Shown: positions 49,601 through 61,522 of the stretch, in pieces
Position numbering within the stretch: position 1 is the first letter of the stretch
Layout: the number at the start of each line of letters is the position of its first letter
Source of the DNA: Convolutriloba macropyga
Taxonomy: Eukaryota
DNA: 64,000 nt
Reading direction: 5' to 3'
NCBI RefSeq assembly: GCF_964194025.1
Contig: NC_134470.1
Coordinates: 52,452,001 to 52,516,000, forward strand
Position numbers and translations under genes: made by a program
Notes under the pieces: model-generated
Databases searched by the model: none
The model's input: only the letters and a program-made list of their open reading frames with translations
What the model was told of the DNA's origin: nothing

Positions 49601-52600
49601 CGCGGAATGTCAACTGTTATGCATACGTCTACATCAAAAAGTATATTGTAGTCAGCATCAAAACTCATCATATGCGGAGCAAAAACAAGATTTGAAAGTT
49701 ATAAAAATTGACAGCAAACACATTATGAATTGAGATTTGGACAGAAAATATAAGATGATTAAACACAATAACAATCAATCTTCAATCATGATTCCACTTG
49801 CTTGAAGAACGAGACACCGGCTCCTTGAGCTTGCGACGCAGAGACAGAAAAAAGACCTACGAAAAAGCGCAAGTAAAGGTTTCTCCTGATATACGTAATA
49901 ACGTAGGAACAATATTCCATTTTCTCAGTCTTAACATGAATGGCTTTCGCCCGATAAGGACCACCTCCTCCAGTACAGACAAAAAAAGGATAGAGCTTTG
50001 TCTTCTCGACTCAAATGAATCACAGATGCATTTATATAAAAGAATTTCAATCAAGATAAAAGAATTTCAATCAAGCGACAACAGCCAAAAGACCCCTAGC
50101 TGTAATATTTAATTGACGTCAAAGGTTATGATAAATCTATGAGTGAAGTATTCCCCTATCAAAGTCTGAAAACAGGGCTCAACTTCAACATCGCCGCAAA
50201 CTTCCTTGAGTACGTTGGCATATGAGCCGTGGATATTATGCACGAAGACGGGTAGTTTGTTTCACAAAATAGAGCCTGGTCATCATTGAACTTGTCTCGC
50301 GTGCGCAGGTGGAGTAATTTTACAGCTCACCCACTGTGAAATTCTTTCCTAAACTCCGCAGTGCTTAAACTAAACATGGATCGTTTAATGGGGAAAGAAC
50401 GTTTAGCCTACATAATGTCATCGCTCTCTTTGGAAGATCTAGAGAATGCTTTTCACATTGATCAAATCTCTATAGCTAACTTTTTTACAGTCCTGCATCT
50501 CCTTCTATTTTCAAATTTTTGCGAGAATATGCTGAAGCATGTAAGCTGACTTCTTGACGTTAGACTTATACAATCGCTCACAAAGTTGCGTAGATACTAA
50601 AATATTAGGACAATCTTTGTTAATTAAAAAGAACATCATTCTTAAACATTTTGAGCAGATAAATTGAACATCAGTGGCAATGTAGCAGAAAATAGCCGCA
50701 ATAGCTTTGTAGATCTGCAGGCTCAAAAAGAAAGTAAAAGAAACACCAAAGAAACTTTTTTAAAATTAAATGCCGAGATGTTATATTCTGATAAAGAATC
50801 TGTTCAACTTAATTGCTGCATCTATTAGCTGCCATCAAATACCCTTCAATTAGAATGCCACGAACTCACTTGACGTCAACTCTTTGAACTAAGAAAAAAA
50901 AAGTCAATTTGAGAGTGATGAGGTCATTTTTGAGAGGTAAGCTGTGTGACCAAAAATAAATCACGGGAATGAACAAAAACACTAGCTCCACATACAGTGA
51001 AAATGACGTTCCGCACGCAATTCAGTTGCAATTGTATTAAAGAAACAACAAAAAGCAGATTGGAAGTGATAGTGACGTCGTATGGTCGTAACAAAAATCA
51101 CGACGACGAAACAAAAAAAATATCGCCGGAAGACTCAGGAATCGACTCGTAGAAAAAAACATAGCAAGCAGATTGCCGAAAAACAGCCACCTTTGACGGG
51201 CTAGACGAACATCGGGATTGAAAAAGATAAAGAAAAAAGGAGATAAAAATTGACAAAATTTTTATCAAAAATTGTTCTAATTCAGTGTTGGGTTTCAGTT
51301 AGATTTTAAGCCTATACTTACTTCAGCTTCTAAACTGAAGGGTATATAGCTTAATACTAATATCAGTTAGCCATCGCTCTAATGAACTTTGATAACCTAA
51401 TGCACTATGAATTAATGACCGGACTTTATCGATTTATCCCGTTTCTTTTGATTTTGCTCTTCTGACATTGACCGTATTCACTACATAGCGTAATCCAATG
51501 CGTTGAAGCATTGAGCCAGGTTAGTCAGAAGTCAAATGTGAAAATCGTGACTTAAGTTAAACGAAAAACGTGATCAAAAGGTGAAGCGAATTTTAAAAAG
51601 GAGAGCGCCTAAATAATAGCCGTGAGAGGCTGATGGTGGCTATTAAACGAAGATAAAAACAAAATCTTGGCAAAATTTCATGAGTCCAAAAACAATATTC
51701 CAAAACAGAATGTGTAATGTACTCAATTTCTGTTCATTAAAACAGGTTTGTTATGTTCGAAAACCATTAAAACAGCATATGTTCGAAAACAAACCGAGAT
51801 CATTGCTGGAAAACAGCTGCCCGTGATTCCTATACACGCGATTCGGATTGAAAGGACGAAAATGACGTAAAAGATTTTTGTGCGAAAAAAATTTAAAGTA
51901 TTAATTATGTTGATGTTTTCCATAATTAAGAAATTCTGTTTTTAATGAGGGGATACAGAAGCAAGTATCAACACGAATAAGCATTATAGATGGTAACTGA
52001 GATTTCTAAGATCAAAGTTCAAGTACCGGGCATCTAAAACGGGGTTTCACGGATTTAAACCGTTTCTATTTTTGATTTGGATTTTGCTAAAAACTCAGCT
52101 TATTCTAGATTGTTTTTCAGGCCAACTGCTGCTTAAAATCACTGAACAGAATGATATAGCCTACAGAAGTCAAAAAGATTAACACAAAATTTTGAACAGG
52201 CTGTGAACTAATGTAAAGCGAATCAAATTATTCGATGAGGTGATGGAGATACAGTCCTGCATCTCCATCCATTCTCAAATTTTTGCGAGAATACGCTGAA
52301 GCATGAAAGCTGACTTCTTGACGTTAGACTTATACAATCGCTCAAAAAGTTGCATAGATATTAAAAGATTAGGAAAATCTTTTTTAAAATAAAAAGAACA
52401 TCTTTCTTAAGCATTTTGAGCAGATAATTTGAACATCAGTGGCAATGTAGCAGAAAATAGCCGCAATAGCTTTGTAGATCTGCAGGCTCGAAAAGAAAGT
52501 AAAAAACACAGCTCACCTCTTAAAATGACCTCATCACTCTCAAATTGACTTTTTGTCTCTTAGTTCAAAGAGTTAAGGTCAAGTGAGTTCGTAGCATTCT

Positions 52601-55600
52601 AATTGAAGGGTATTTGATGGCAGCTAATAGATGCAGCAATTAAGTTGAACATATTCTTAATCAGAATATAACATTTCGGCATTTAATAAAAAAAGTTTTT
52701 TTGGTGTTAAATGCCGAGCTGTTATATTCTGATTAAGAATCTGTTCAACTTAATTGCTGCATCTATTAGCTGCCATCAAATACCCTTCAATTAGAATACC
52801 ACGAACTCATTTGACCTCAACTCTTTGAACTAAGAGAAAAAAAGTTAATTTGAGAGTGATGAGGTCATTTTTGAGAGGTAAGCTGTGTGACCAAAAATAA
52901 ATCACGGGAATGAACAAAAACACTAGCTCCACATAGAGTGAAAATGACGTTCCGCACGCAATTCAGTTGCAATTGTATTAAAGAAACAACAAAAAGCAGA
53001 TTGGAAGTGATAGTGACGTCGTATGGTCGTAACAAAAATCACGACGACGAAATAAAAAAATATGGCCGGAAGACTCAGGAATCGACTCGTAGAAAAAAAC
53101 ATAGCAAGCAGATTGCCGAAAAACAGCCACCTTTGACGGGCTAGACGAACATCGGGATTGAAAAAGATAAAGAAAAAAGGAGATAAAAATTGACAAAATT
53201 TTTATCAAAAATTGTTCTAATTCAGTCTTGGGATTCAGTTAGATTCTAAACCTATACTTACTTCAGCTTCTAAACTGAGGGGTACATATAAACTTAATAC
53301 TAATATCAGCTAGCAATCGCTCTAAAGAACTTTGATAACCTAATGCACTATGACTTAATGACCGGACTTTATCGGTTTATCCCGTTTCTTTTAATTTTGC
53401 TCTTCTGACATTGAGCGTATTCACTATATTGCGTAATCCAATGAGTTGAAACAGTGAGCTAGGTTAGTCAGAAGTCAAATGTGAAAATGGTGATTTATTT
53501 AAAACGAAAAACGTGATCAAAAGTTAAAGCGAATTTAAAAACGGAGAGCGCCTAAATAATAGCCGTGAGAGGCTGACGGCGGCTATTAAACAAAGATAAA
53601 ACAAAATTTTGGCAAAATTTTATGAGTCCAAAAACAATATTCCAAAACAGACTGTGTAATGTACTCAATTTCTGTTCATTAAAACAGGTTTGTTATGTTC
53701 GAAAACAAACCGGGCAAATTGCTGGAAAATAGCTGCCCGTGATTCCCATACACGCGATTCGGATTGAAAGGACGAAAATGACGTAGATTTTTGTGCGAAA
53801 AAAATTTAAAGTATTAATTATGTTGATGTTTTCCGTAATTAGAAATTCTGTTTTTAATGAGGAGATACAGAAGCAAGTATCAACACGAATAAGCATTATA
53901 GATAGTAACTGAGATTTCTAAGATCAAAGTTCAAGTAGCGGGCATCTAAAACGGGGTTCCATGGATTTAAACCGTTTCTATTTTTGATTTTGATTTTGCT
54001 AAAAACAGCTTAATCTAGATTGTTTTTCTGGCCAACTGCTGCTTAAAATCACTTTGAACAGAATGATATAGCCCACAGAAGTCAAAATTATTACAAAATT
54101 TTGAACAAGCTGTGAACTAATATCAAAATTATCAAATTATTAGATGAGGTGAAAACAGGGCCGCAATGATAGCAAAACTGTAAAGATGAGGGAAGACAGT
54201 ACTTACAAAAACAGATGACAAACGCAACATTTCAAAAGAAAAACCGAGCAAAAGACTGACAAAATCTAAGAAACCTGTAACATTCTTAATGTTCTCTAAA
54301 AATGGTAGACTCTCAATAGATGTCTTCAACACACATTAGGCAGTTCCTCCTTATTCGTTGAGCAACCACACGACACACGAGCGCACTGGAAAACAATTAA
54401 AACATGAAAAAGAAGTGAGAACTACAAAACTGCAGAATGTAAATCTTTTATAAATCAAATGCCATCAAACCTTGAAATGTTTTCACGTAATAACAAAAAA
54501 CCTACAGCCAACTCTAACTATTTGAATATGGAAAATACTCGGAATCTCAGAAAAAAATACCAATTAGTCTGAAACTTCTTTGAAAAACATTGTTAAAATT
54601 CGACTGTTTTCTACTAAATCAGACTTCAAGGGAGAATAAAATTAATAGGTCAAGAAATTCAACTTCATCAATCAGAACTGAATTCAATAAAAAAAAACAC
54701 CCCGGACACAACAAATTGGAAAAAAAGTTTAAAAATCTCTAAAAAGCGTCCAAAAAGGCGAAATCGCAGAGGCAGATCAAAATTCTAAATAACTCTTATA
54801 TATGATTGAGATTTATATTGAAAATTATTTGTTCATGTGGTTTAGAGCAACAATTTTAACCGAAATACAAAGAGAAAACTTTAAAACATAACCGACTAAC
54901 TTCGGGCGAATTGCTTTCAAAAGACCGGCGAAGGGTTGGCGTCGTCAGTAGCTAGCCACCGTTTAGTGAGGCTAGCTTTAGCTTAATTGAAGGAGCGTGA
55001 GCGCAGCGGGGGGGGGGGGGGTGCACCCGGAACTGATGGGGGTGGGTCGAGACAGTGGGGGGAGGGCGGCTTTTGGCTGCACGGGGCCCTTACGGCCTGA
55101 ATGATGTACAGGGGCTGGGTGAAGTAAAAGGGGGAACAACTTCAAAGAACCGCCCTTCACACCAAAGTATAAATCTCCAAAATAGTTTCTGTGAATCGCA
55201 TACTTGGAGACCGTTGAGCTGAAAGGCTCAAAGAGCTTAATGCTCCCTGGCGGCTACCTATTTATTGTGTTTTAGAGGAGGAAAAGTCAAATGGATTAGG
55301 CGAAAAATTGGTCAAGCGAAAAATTGCATTAAAAATGCCAAACGGACTAATATAATTGCTATAAACTTCGTTTGAGAGCAATTAAAAACTGCTTCTAAAA
55401 AGCTGCACGTGATCAAAATATTTCGCTGGCTTAGCAAAAAATTTNNNNNNNNNNNNNNNNNNNNNNNNNNNNNNNNNNNNNNNNNNNNNNNNNNNNNNNN
55501 NNNNNNNNNNNNNNNNNNNNNNNNNNNNNNNNNNNNNNNNNNNNNNNNNNNNNNNNNNNNNNNNNNNNNNNNNNNNNNNNNNNNNNNNNNNNNNNNNNNN

Positions 55601-57152
55601 NNNNTTCAAGTCGTTCAGCCGTTACACCTAATTCGTTCAGCCGTATTGACTTTTACGTCCTGTTTTAAATACACTCCAAAATTTTATCGATCAAAAAAGA
55701 CGCTCCACCTTTGAGTAGTAAAAGAAAGAAGGCCAAAAATAACCTCAGCTACCGCTTTGCGGCTATTAATGAAACTTATTAGAGCACCTATAAGATACCA
55801 TGAGACCCTTAAGATACCATATCTACAAGAACCATTCAGTTTTAGTATTTTCTTGTCTACATTTGAAATTTTTTGTCATGATATACATTAGCAAACTGTT
55901 TTTTTTTTCGACCAGAAATGCCAATTGATGTTTCAATCCATTTGCGAAAACCAATCTTAGGAAATACTACACGGAAGACATTTTTGAATCAAAAGGCACT
56001 TCGATCCTCATTTAGCCGTTCTAGTTACACTTTCAGTGATTCGATGGTTCCATTTATGGATGACATTCTAATAACGGAGTAGATCTATCAGTTGAATAGT
56101 CACTGCTATCCGGACACCCTGTATTGTAAGTATTACCATGTAAGGTTTGATCGCCTTTTCCTCAATGAGTTTTTAACTTTTGTTAGAGTTTTTAACTTTT
56201 GCATAATGACGGGCAAAACTTTGTAATATTCAAGGCAAGATTTCTGTTTAAAAATGTAGAGAGCATTTATGGCATCGATGAGGAGAAATGCTTCTGTAAG
56301 ATCATAGATGAAGCAACGATAAAGCCCGTAAATAGTCAGCTAAAAGCTACTAGTTTCTACTAGACATTTACATCGTAATTTTTGTGGAATATTATACTAC
56401 AAAATTAACTCATTGAATTAAGTTTTCTGCTAACCTCAACTATCAATTTTTACTTGTCCTCTTCTACTGAGTTGCTTGTTTTTGTTGTTTCATTTTCAAT
56501 TGAATGTATTGGGAACTGAACATTGAGTGATACAAAGCCTGTGTACGAAAGTTTGTTGCACTGACTTTCACATGTATATACAGCATCTACTGAAAATGAG
56601 TCATTACAAAAGGAGTCTTTCCCGTCAATAGCTTTCAAAAAGCGGAGATCACTTTAATTTACTCTTTTAGCAGCTTCGGTACAGAAATTCAATTTGGTAC
56701 CAAGAGAATCAGGTTAGAAAAAAATATAATGATACTTCTCTCGTAAATTACACTGCGCTGACATTTTAATGCTAATCGATCGGAACAATCTGAAAATTCT
56801 CTGGCAATAATAAAGAATTATACTAACCGATTACTTCGGCTGGTTTAGGCTGTGCTATCTGAAGTGGATTTTGCCAACACTCCATTCTTGCACAAGGACT
56901 TGGCCTGATGATATCAGGGGGGTCAACGCCTACGTGTAGACACATTACAAGCGCAACGTAAACAGTCTTTTTCTTTTCGAGTGGCTTCCACCAGCTGGTC
57001 TCGTATGGCAACTGAGATGACAGCTGTCGTTTGTACAGGTGAGTGAGGTAAATTGGAGCTGTCCAGCTGTAATTCTCTTCCTTTTCTTCTGCTGCATCTG
57101 GCTGGATGATGAAATAATTTGTGTCATCGTGCTGGTACCTGAGGGATGACAT
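34898..57152 (-). CDS. RPTOR: Regulatory-associated protein of TOR (Raptor/KOG1). Six coding exons: join 57152-56828, 48664-48107, 47908-47720, 47209-46908, 38276-38019, 37672-34898; 4407 nt, 1468 aa
   Basis: RNC motifs [81 protein letters not shown]; HEAT/ARM region; C-terminal WD40. All GT-AG junctions keep phase. Confidence 0.93.
38019..38276 (-). CDS. RPTOR: Raptor coding exon 5
   Basis: tttcag|[20 protein letters not shown]...[12 protein letters not shown]...YAKIIALD; donor GTTAGT at 38018. Confidence 0.88.
39440..40380. repeat. Degenerate tandem repeat (~170-180 bp units)
   Basis: Recurring aatgagactaag..taagac..caa at ~39463, 39793, 39957, 40128 and 40300. Confidence 0.6.
40720..43790. 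repeat. Diverged tandem duplication (~1.6 kb unit) in a Raptor intron
   Basis: catagccgga..a.ttc.ggaagc.a.tcgaagcgtcaaaa at ~40729 and 42350, with collinear similarity afterwards. Confidence 0.85.
45303..45450. mobile_element. Small MITE-like palindromic element
   Basis: GTAGTACATGAT ... ATCATGTACTAC 12-bp perfect inverted repeat with further imperfect internal symmetry. Confidence 0.45.
46340..46778 (-). mobile_element. HINE-like family, copy D (partial)
   Basis: Ends in GACTAATATAATTGCTCCAAACTTCGTTTGAGAACAATT like the other copies; left boundary uncertain. Confidence 0.45.
46908..47209 (-). CDS. RPTOR: Raptor coding exon 4
   Basis: tttttag|..[11 protein letters not shown]...[13 protein letters not shown]...LPIVLQ|gtgtgt. 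Confidence 0.92.
47720..47908 (-). CDS. RPTOR: Raptor coding exon 3
   Basis: ttgcag|..[48 protein letters not shown]; donor GTTATT. Confidence 0.92.
48107..48664 (-). CDS. RPTOR: Raptor coding exon 2 (RNC caspase-like domain)
   Basis: tttaag|..[17 protein letters not shown]...HYNGHGVP...DCSNAG...DRRTPL; donor GTTAGT. Confidence 0.95.
50488..54150. repeat. Recent tandem duplication (~1.76 kb unit) in Raptor intron 1; second copy carries an inverted insertion
   Basis: cagtcctgcatctcc at 50488 and 52252, followed by near-identical sequence. Confidence 0.92.
54887..55385 (-). mobile_element. HINE-like family, copy C (best preserved)
   Basis: CCGACTAACTTCGG near-palindrome plus AATTGCTTTCAAAAG at one end; AATTGCTATAAAC-TTC-GTTTGAGAGCAATT stem-loop followed by AA at the other. 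Confidence 0.6.
55950..56720 (-). pseudogene. Highly decayed reverse transcriptase fragment (CRE/R2-like non-LTR element)
   Basis: Shifted frames read [11 protein letters not shown] / [16 protein letters not shown] / TIQGVRIA / [12 protein letters not shown], resembling the LLxDAxNAFN..LNR..AL.NI...CP and TTQGDP RT blocks. Confidence 0.4.
56828..57152 (-). CDS. RPTOR: Raptor coding exon 1
   Basis: MSSLRY...[43 protein letters not shown]; donor GTTAGT at 56827; in-frame stop shortly upstream of the ATG. Confidence 0.9.
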
Positions 57153-58506
57153 CTCTTCTGATATATTTATCTCACTCCATTGTCACTTAAAAAAAGTCAC
57201 TACATTGTCTTTTAAAACATAAACCGACTAACGTCGGACAAATTGCTCTCGAAGGACAACTCTCAGTCCCTTGTCATTTGGGATCTTTTCCGTTTGTGGC
57301 CCCCAGTTTAGTGGGTGCATATTATTTGCACCCCCAGACGAACGTGCCATATTTTTACATAATGAATTACTATGTGATGACACGTGCTGTAAAGGGGGGG
57401 TACATAACGTACTGGGGGGAGGGCACAAACGGAAATCCGTCATTTGCTATGCTCCAATCATTTTTACTTTAGCAACAAACTTTACCTTTACTTCGGAGTG
57501 AGAGAACACTATAATATTGTATAGTGATAGTTGTCGGTAAATATACAATAAGTGTACATGATTTTTGCAGAAACACAAATACTTTTTATTTAAGTTCAAC
57601 GGGTCAGTGGTCATTTGAAACGGAAATAACGCCATGTGCTAGCTTGTTGGAGAGGAAGTGCTGTTGACTCGGCAATCAAAAACGTTTTCAATCAACTTTT
57701 GAATACCTGTAAATTTACACTCGTATCTCCCAGGTACAAGCGTAGTGAGTTCCACTTCAATGATACAAGATTAAAGAATGATTTAGAAGAGGATAAAACA
57801 GATGGAATATTTCCTACAAAAATTTATTGGTTAGTGAGCTTGTTATTCCTATAGCTTGCCGTAGGTAATTAAAGTTGTTGTTGAAAGGCTCTCTTTATAT
57901 TTCTAACTAGCAGGCCCGCAATGGCAACCTTTGATGTAGAAACGTTGATCCGTTTGGCTCATCTAAAGGCAGATAAAAAACGTTTTTCTATTCAGCGGCC
58001 AGTCATCTCAACTCCCAAAATTAGTAAAAACTATCGAAGCCTTCATATAGTAAAACATTCGTTAAAAAATTCCTTATGGGACAAAATTATTGCACGTTTA
58101 TGGGGCCTCTCGAAGCGTTTGTTTAAGAGCCACATAGAGCAGCATGGTAAAGCGAACAAATCCAGAAAGGTCATTGTCCTAAAATGGTCAAAGTAGATTG
58201 GTCAGAACCGAACGTGGGACAAAAGACTGTTAGTCAGGTGGTTATTACGAGGCTATGATGGCTTGAACGTATTCCTGCCAGAGGGAGGATTTACTGTCCT
58301 GGGTTCTGTTACCATTATCCATAAAATTGCTTTGACACTAAAATTTGGCCATTGCGATGAATAACTTTTGAAATCTGCCAAGAACTCTAAAGTCATGAGA
58401 GCTAAAAAAAGGAATTCTCGGTGAGTTTCGAACGACATAGGTTCGAACTACTTGGAAAGATTTGCGGATCAAAATGGTAATGGTGATACGCTAGCGCCGT
58501 TTGTTG

Positions 58507-58574
<68 letters not shown>
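58507..58574 (-). repeat. (TAA)n microsatellite 3' tail of the LINE
   Basis: ~22 ATT units starting ~54 bp beyond the ORF2 stop. Confidence 0.9.
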
Positions 58575-58627
58575 GGCTTCCACAAACGTGAGGGACTGCT
58601 CCCGCAAAAATTATATAAATAGATGAA

Positions 58628-61522
58628 TCATACCAGTTTAAGTTTGTTTGTTAAGTTTATTTCGTTTGAGGACCGACATTTTTCGCAGAGACAGATAAAT
58701 GTTATGGAACACCAATTTTCGATGCTGAAATAAATATTATAGTACTTCCACATCAAGTTTAAGATTCGATTTTTGAGTCCAACTGGTTGAAAGAAATTAA
58801 CATTTGAATCAATGATATTTGCTCTATATGTGGTTCGATAGAAGAAATTTGACCGCTGAAATTCTTTTTTGATTTCAGGCAACACAAACCGAAAAATTGA
58901 CCGTCTTTGCACAATATTAATATGCTCGCTGATGTTGAACGCATAATAATTGTTCACCAATTTCGATAGCAAGAGAAGATCTGTTAGCACAATGTAATAG
59001 TTGAGAGGTAATAAGTTCAGGGATCTCAGTCGTTCGCAATAATCAAGGTTCGGTAGGATCCATTTCGAAACTTTTTCTTGAGATTTTTCAAGGAGTCGCA
59101 TGTCAGATTTTGAAGGCATATAACAGTTAGATCCATAGATTAAGATTGGAATAAGCGTACTCTTATAAAGATTTAGTTTTGCAGTAACCGTCAGGAGATA
59201 TGATGTGTTTCTTTTAATTTGGTTGAAGAATTTGTTGGCTTTACGAGTCCGCAATTCTACATGTTCCTTCCAAGTGAGGCTTTCGTTCATAGTGATACCA
59301 AGGTCCTCCACAGTTCTCGATTGTTCCAGCGACCATTGACCCAAAACTGGACTTAATCTCGACTTGATATTGAAATTTATGTACTGACATTTCGACAAAT
59401 TGAAGCTGATGTTATTTTCGTAACTCCAACGCAATATTGAATCTAGATCTTGTTTGATTCCATTTGCGTTTCCAAGATTTTCATTATATAATAAATTGAT
59501 TTCGTCAGCAAAAAGAAAGACTTTGGATTTGAAAACAGTTTCAGGTAAGTCATTAATGAAAATAAGAAAAAGTAGGGGCCCAAGTATTGAGCCCTGAGGT
59601 ACACCCGAGGTGACCGGCGAATTCTTCGAATTTAGATTTCCAATTTTCACGTATTGCAGTCTGTCGCTCAGGTAACTCTTTAAAATCTCGAACAGCTTGC
59701 CACCTATTCCAATGCAATTGATCTTACGTAAAAGTATTCCATGATCAATTTGGTCGAAAGCTTTGGAAAAGGCAAAGAGAAGAGAGCTATTTTCTCGATT
59801 GTTCTCAGAACAGAAATTGTATATCTTATCTAAGTAGGTTATCTTTTGAAGAATAACTGATCTTCTTTCACGAAAACCGTACTGTGAGTCAGTTATGAGT
59901 CCTTTGAAAAAATTTACAATTGAGCCATACAACAATCTTTCTAGAACTTTCGAGACAATGCATAATAGTGTTACAGGACGATAATTTACAACATCTGCTT
60001 TCGATTCTTTTTTCTTGAAAATTGGGCTAACTGCTCCTATTTTCCATGCACTAGGATAGGTTCCAAGGCGCCTAAAATTTCTGAATAACTCAAAGATGGA
60101 TTTCGTAAGTTCTTTTGCGCAGTTCCTGAGGACAACTGCAGGCAAGTTATCAGGCCCACATGACTTTGATACGTCTAATGACCCAAGAATTTCAACTATT
60201 GCTTCTTCCGTCACAGTAAAACTGTTCAAAATTCTATTTTCATTCAAAGTGCTTTTGAAGACCGATGACACGGTGAAAACTGAACAGAAGTATTTATTAA
60301 AGAGAGAGGCTTTTTCAGCATCACAGTTTGCTAAGTCTTTGTTCCATTTAACCTGTGGCGGAACGGACGCTCCTTTTTGTAAGCTTTTAAAATACTTGTA
60401 CATGGCTTGAGAATTTCGTGAGTTGAAAAGCTTTGATTCGTAATTTTTCTGGTCTAGGTCTACCGCTTCTGCTAGACTGGTTCTCGACGTTTCTATCCTG
60501 AGTCTCAACGAATCATTGTTGGCTAGTGAATTCTGTTTTCTCTGTAGCGTGTTAAGCTTTTTCATTAGATGTGATGTCGCAGGCGTGGTCCAGGGTGGCA
60601 AATTGGATCTATGCGTACTCCGTCTTGGTGTGAATTTAGTGATCGCCTCGAATAACCAATGATACCACTCGCTGAGCATCCGATCGCAGTTGCTATAACA
60701 AATAGGATTAAAAGGGTTAAGACTTAGATTTTCCTTCAGACCAACGTAATCGCATTTACAGAAGCTCAAAATTTTGTGCAAATCGGTTTTCTCGTTCTTA
60801 GCAGGACTCAGGTCAAGATCTAATAATATAGGTATGTGATCAGATAAACTAAAAGTTTTGAGCAAAGAGTCGTCGCAATTGACGTCGATAACTATGCTGT
60901 CATCATTAACGAAAATTTGATCGAGTATGTTTTTACCACAAGTGGGAAAGAAAACAACGGGAATAAAATTTAGGCAATCAAATAGATCGACCAATTGTTT
61001 CTCATATAAGTCGGCTGACTCTAGTGTTTTCCAATTGACAGAAGGAAGATTAAAATCTCCTACTACTATGACTTTTATCTCTCTCCACTCATCGTTGTCT
61101 AGAACGCAGAAGAAAGAGTTGAATTCGTCAATTGTGACTCGGTATTTGCTGTTACTAGGAGGGTTATACAAACACAAAATTAGTACCTTTTCGTTATTAA
61201 CAGTTATGAGCGAACCTGCAAACGCAGACGCTAATTTGTCATTCAGATTCTTAACATCAATTGGGAAAGAAGTAATGTTGTTCCGCACGTCAATCATTAC
61301 ACCTCCATGTTTGCTCTTCAGATTTGCATTTCTTTCACTTCTGTAGAGCTGATAATTTTGCAGGAAAAGTTCACTATCGCTGATGTCAGCTGTCAACCAA
61401 GTTTCAGTTAAAGCGATGATGTCATATGCAGAGGTTTCAGCCGCGACAGCAAACTTCCTTCGACGCTCTAAATTTAGGAGGCTTCTTGTATTGAAAACTA
61501 AGCAGCTAAGAGAATTTTGTAG
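58628..61522 (-). CDS. LINE ORF2: apurinic endonuclease plus reverse transcriptase (no ATG start; RT catalytic residues altered)
   Basis: FNTRSL, IIALTETWL, GGV, YNPP, GDFN, SDH (APE); GPDN, NYRPVTLL, QYGFR, FSKAFD, SGVPQGSILGPLLFLIFINDL, FADE (RT). Open from 61522 to 58628. Confidence 0.95.
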   Translation of the reverse strand, partial: LQNSLSCLVFNTRSLLNLERRRKFAVAAETSAYDIIALTETWLTADISDSELFLQNYQLYRSERNANLKSKHGGVMIDVRNNITSFPIDVKNLNDKLASAFAGSLITVNNEKVLILCLYNPPSNSKYRVTIDEFNSFFCVLDNDEWREIKVIVVGDFNLPSVNWKTLESADLYEKQLVDLFDCLNFIPVVFFPTCGKNILDQIFVNDDSIVIDVNCDDSLLKTFSLSDHIPILLDLDLSPAKNEKTDLHKILSFCKCDYVGLKENLSLNPFNPICYSNCDRMLSEWYHWLFEAITKFTPRRSTHRSNLPPWTTPATSHLMKKLNTLQRKQNSLANNDSLRLRIETSRTSLAEAVDLDQKNYESKLFNSRNSQAMYKYFKSLQKGASVPPQVKWNKDLANCDAEKASLFNKYFCSVFTVSSVFKSTLNENRILNSFTVTEEAIVEILGSLDVSKSCGPDNLPAVVLRNCAKELTKSIFELFRNFRRLGTYPSAWKIGAVSPIFKKKESKADVVNYRPVTLLCIVSKVLERLLYGSIVNFFKGLITDSQYGFRERRSVILQKITYLDKIYNFCSENNRENSSLLFAFSKAFDQIDHGILLRKINCIGIGGKLFEILKSYLSDRLQYVKIGNLNSKNSPVTSGVPQGSILGPLLFLIFINDLPETVFKSKVFLFADEINLLYNENLGNANGIKQDLDSILRWSYENNISFNLSKCQYINFNIKSRLSPVLGQWSLEQSRTVEDLGITMNESLTWKEHVELRTRKANKFFNQIKRNTSYLLTVTAKLNLYKSTLIPILIYGSNCYMPSKSDMRLLEKSQEKVSKWILPNLDYCERLRSLNLLPLNYYIVLTDLLLLSKLVNNYYAFNISEHINIVQRRSIFRFVLPEIKKEFQRSNFFYRTTYRANIIDSNVNFFQPVGLKNRILNLMWKYYNIYFSIENWCSITFICLCEKCRSSNEINLTNKLKLV

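Noticed and set aside
49000-50480. Coding-like composition in Raptor intron 1, including ORF 49798-50112
   Set aside because: May be a decayed transposon, but I found no identifiable motif.
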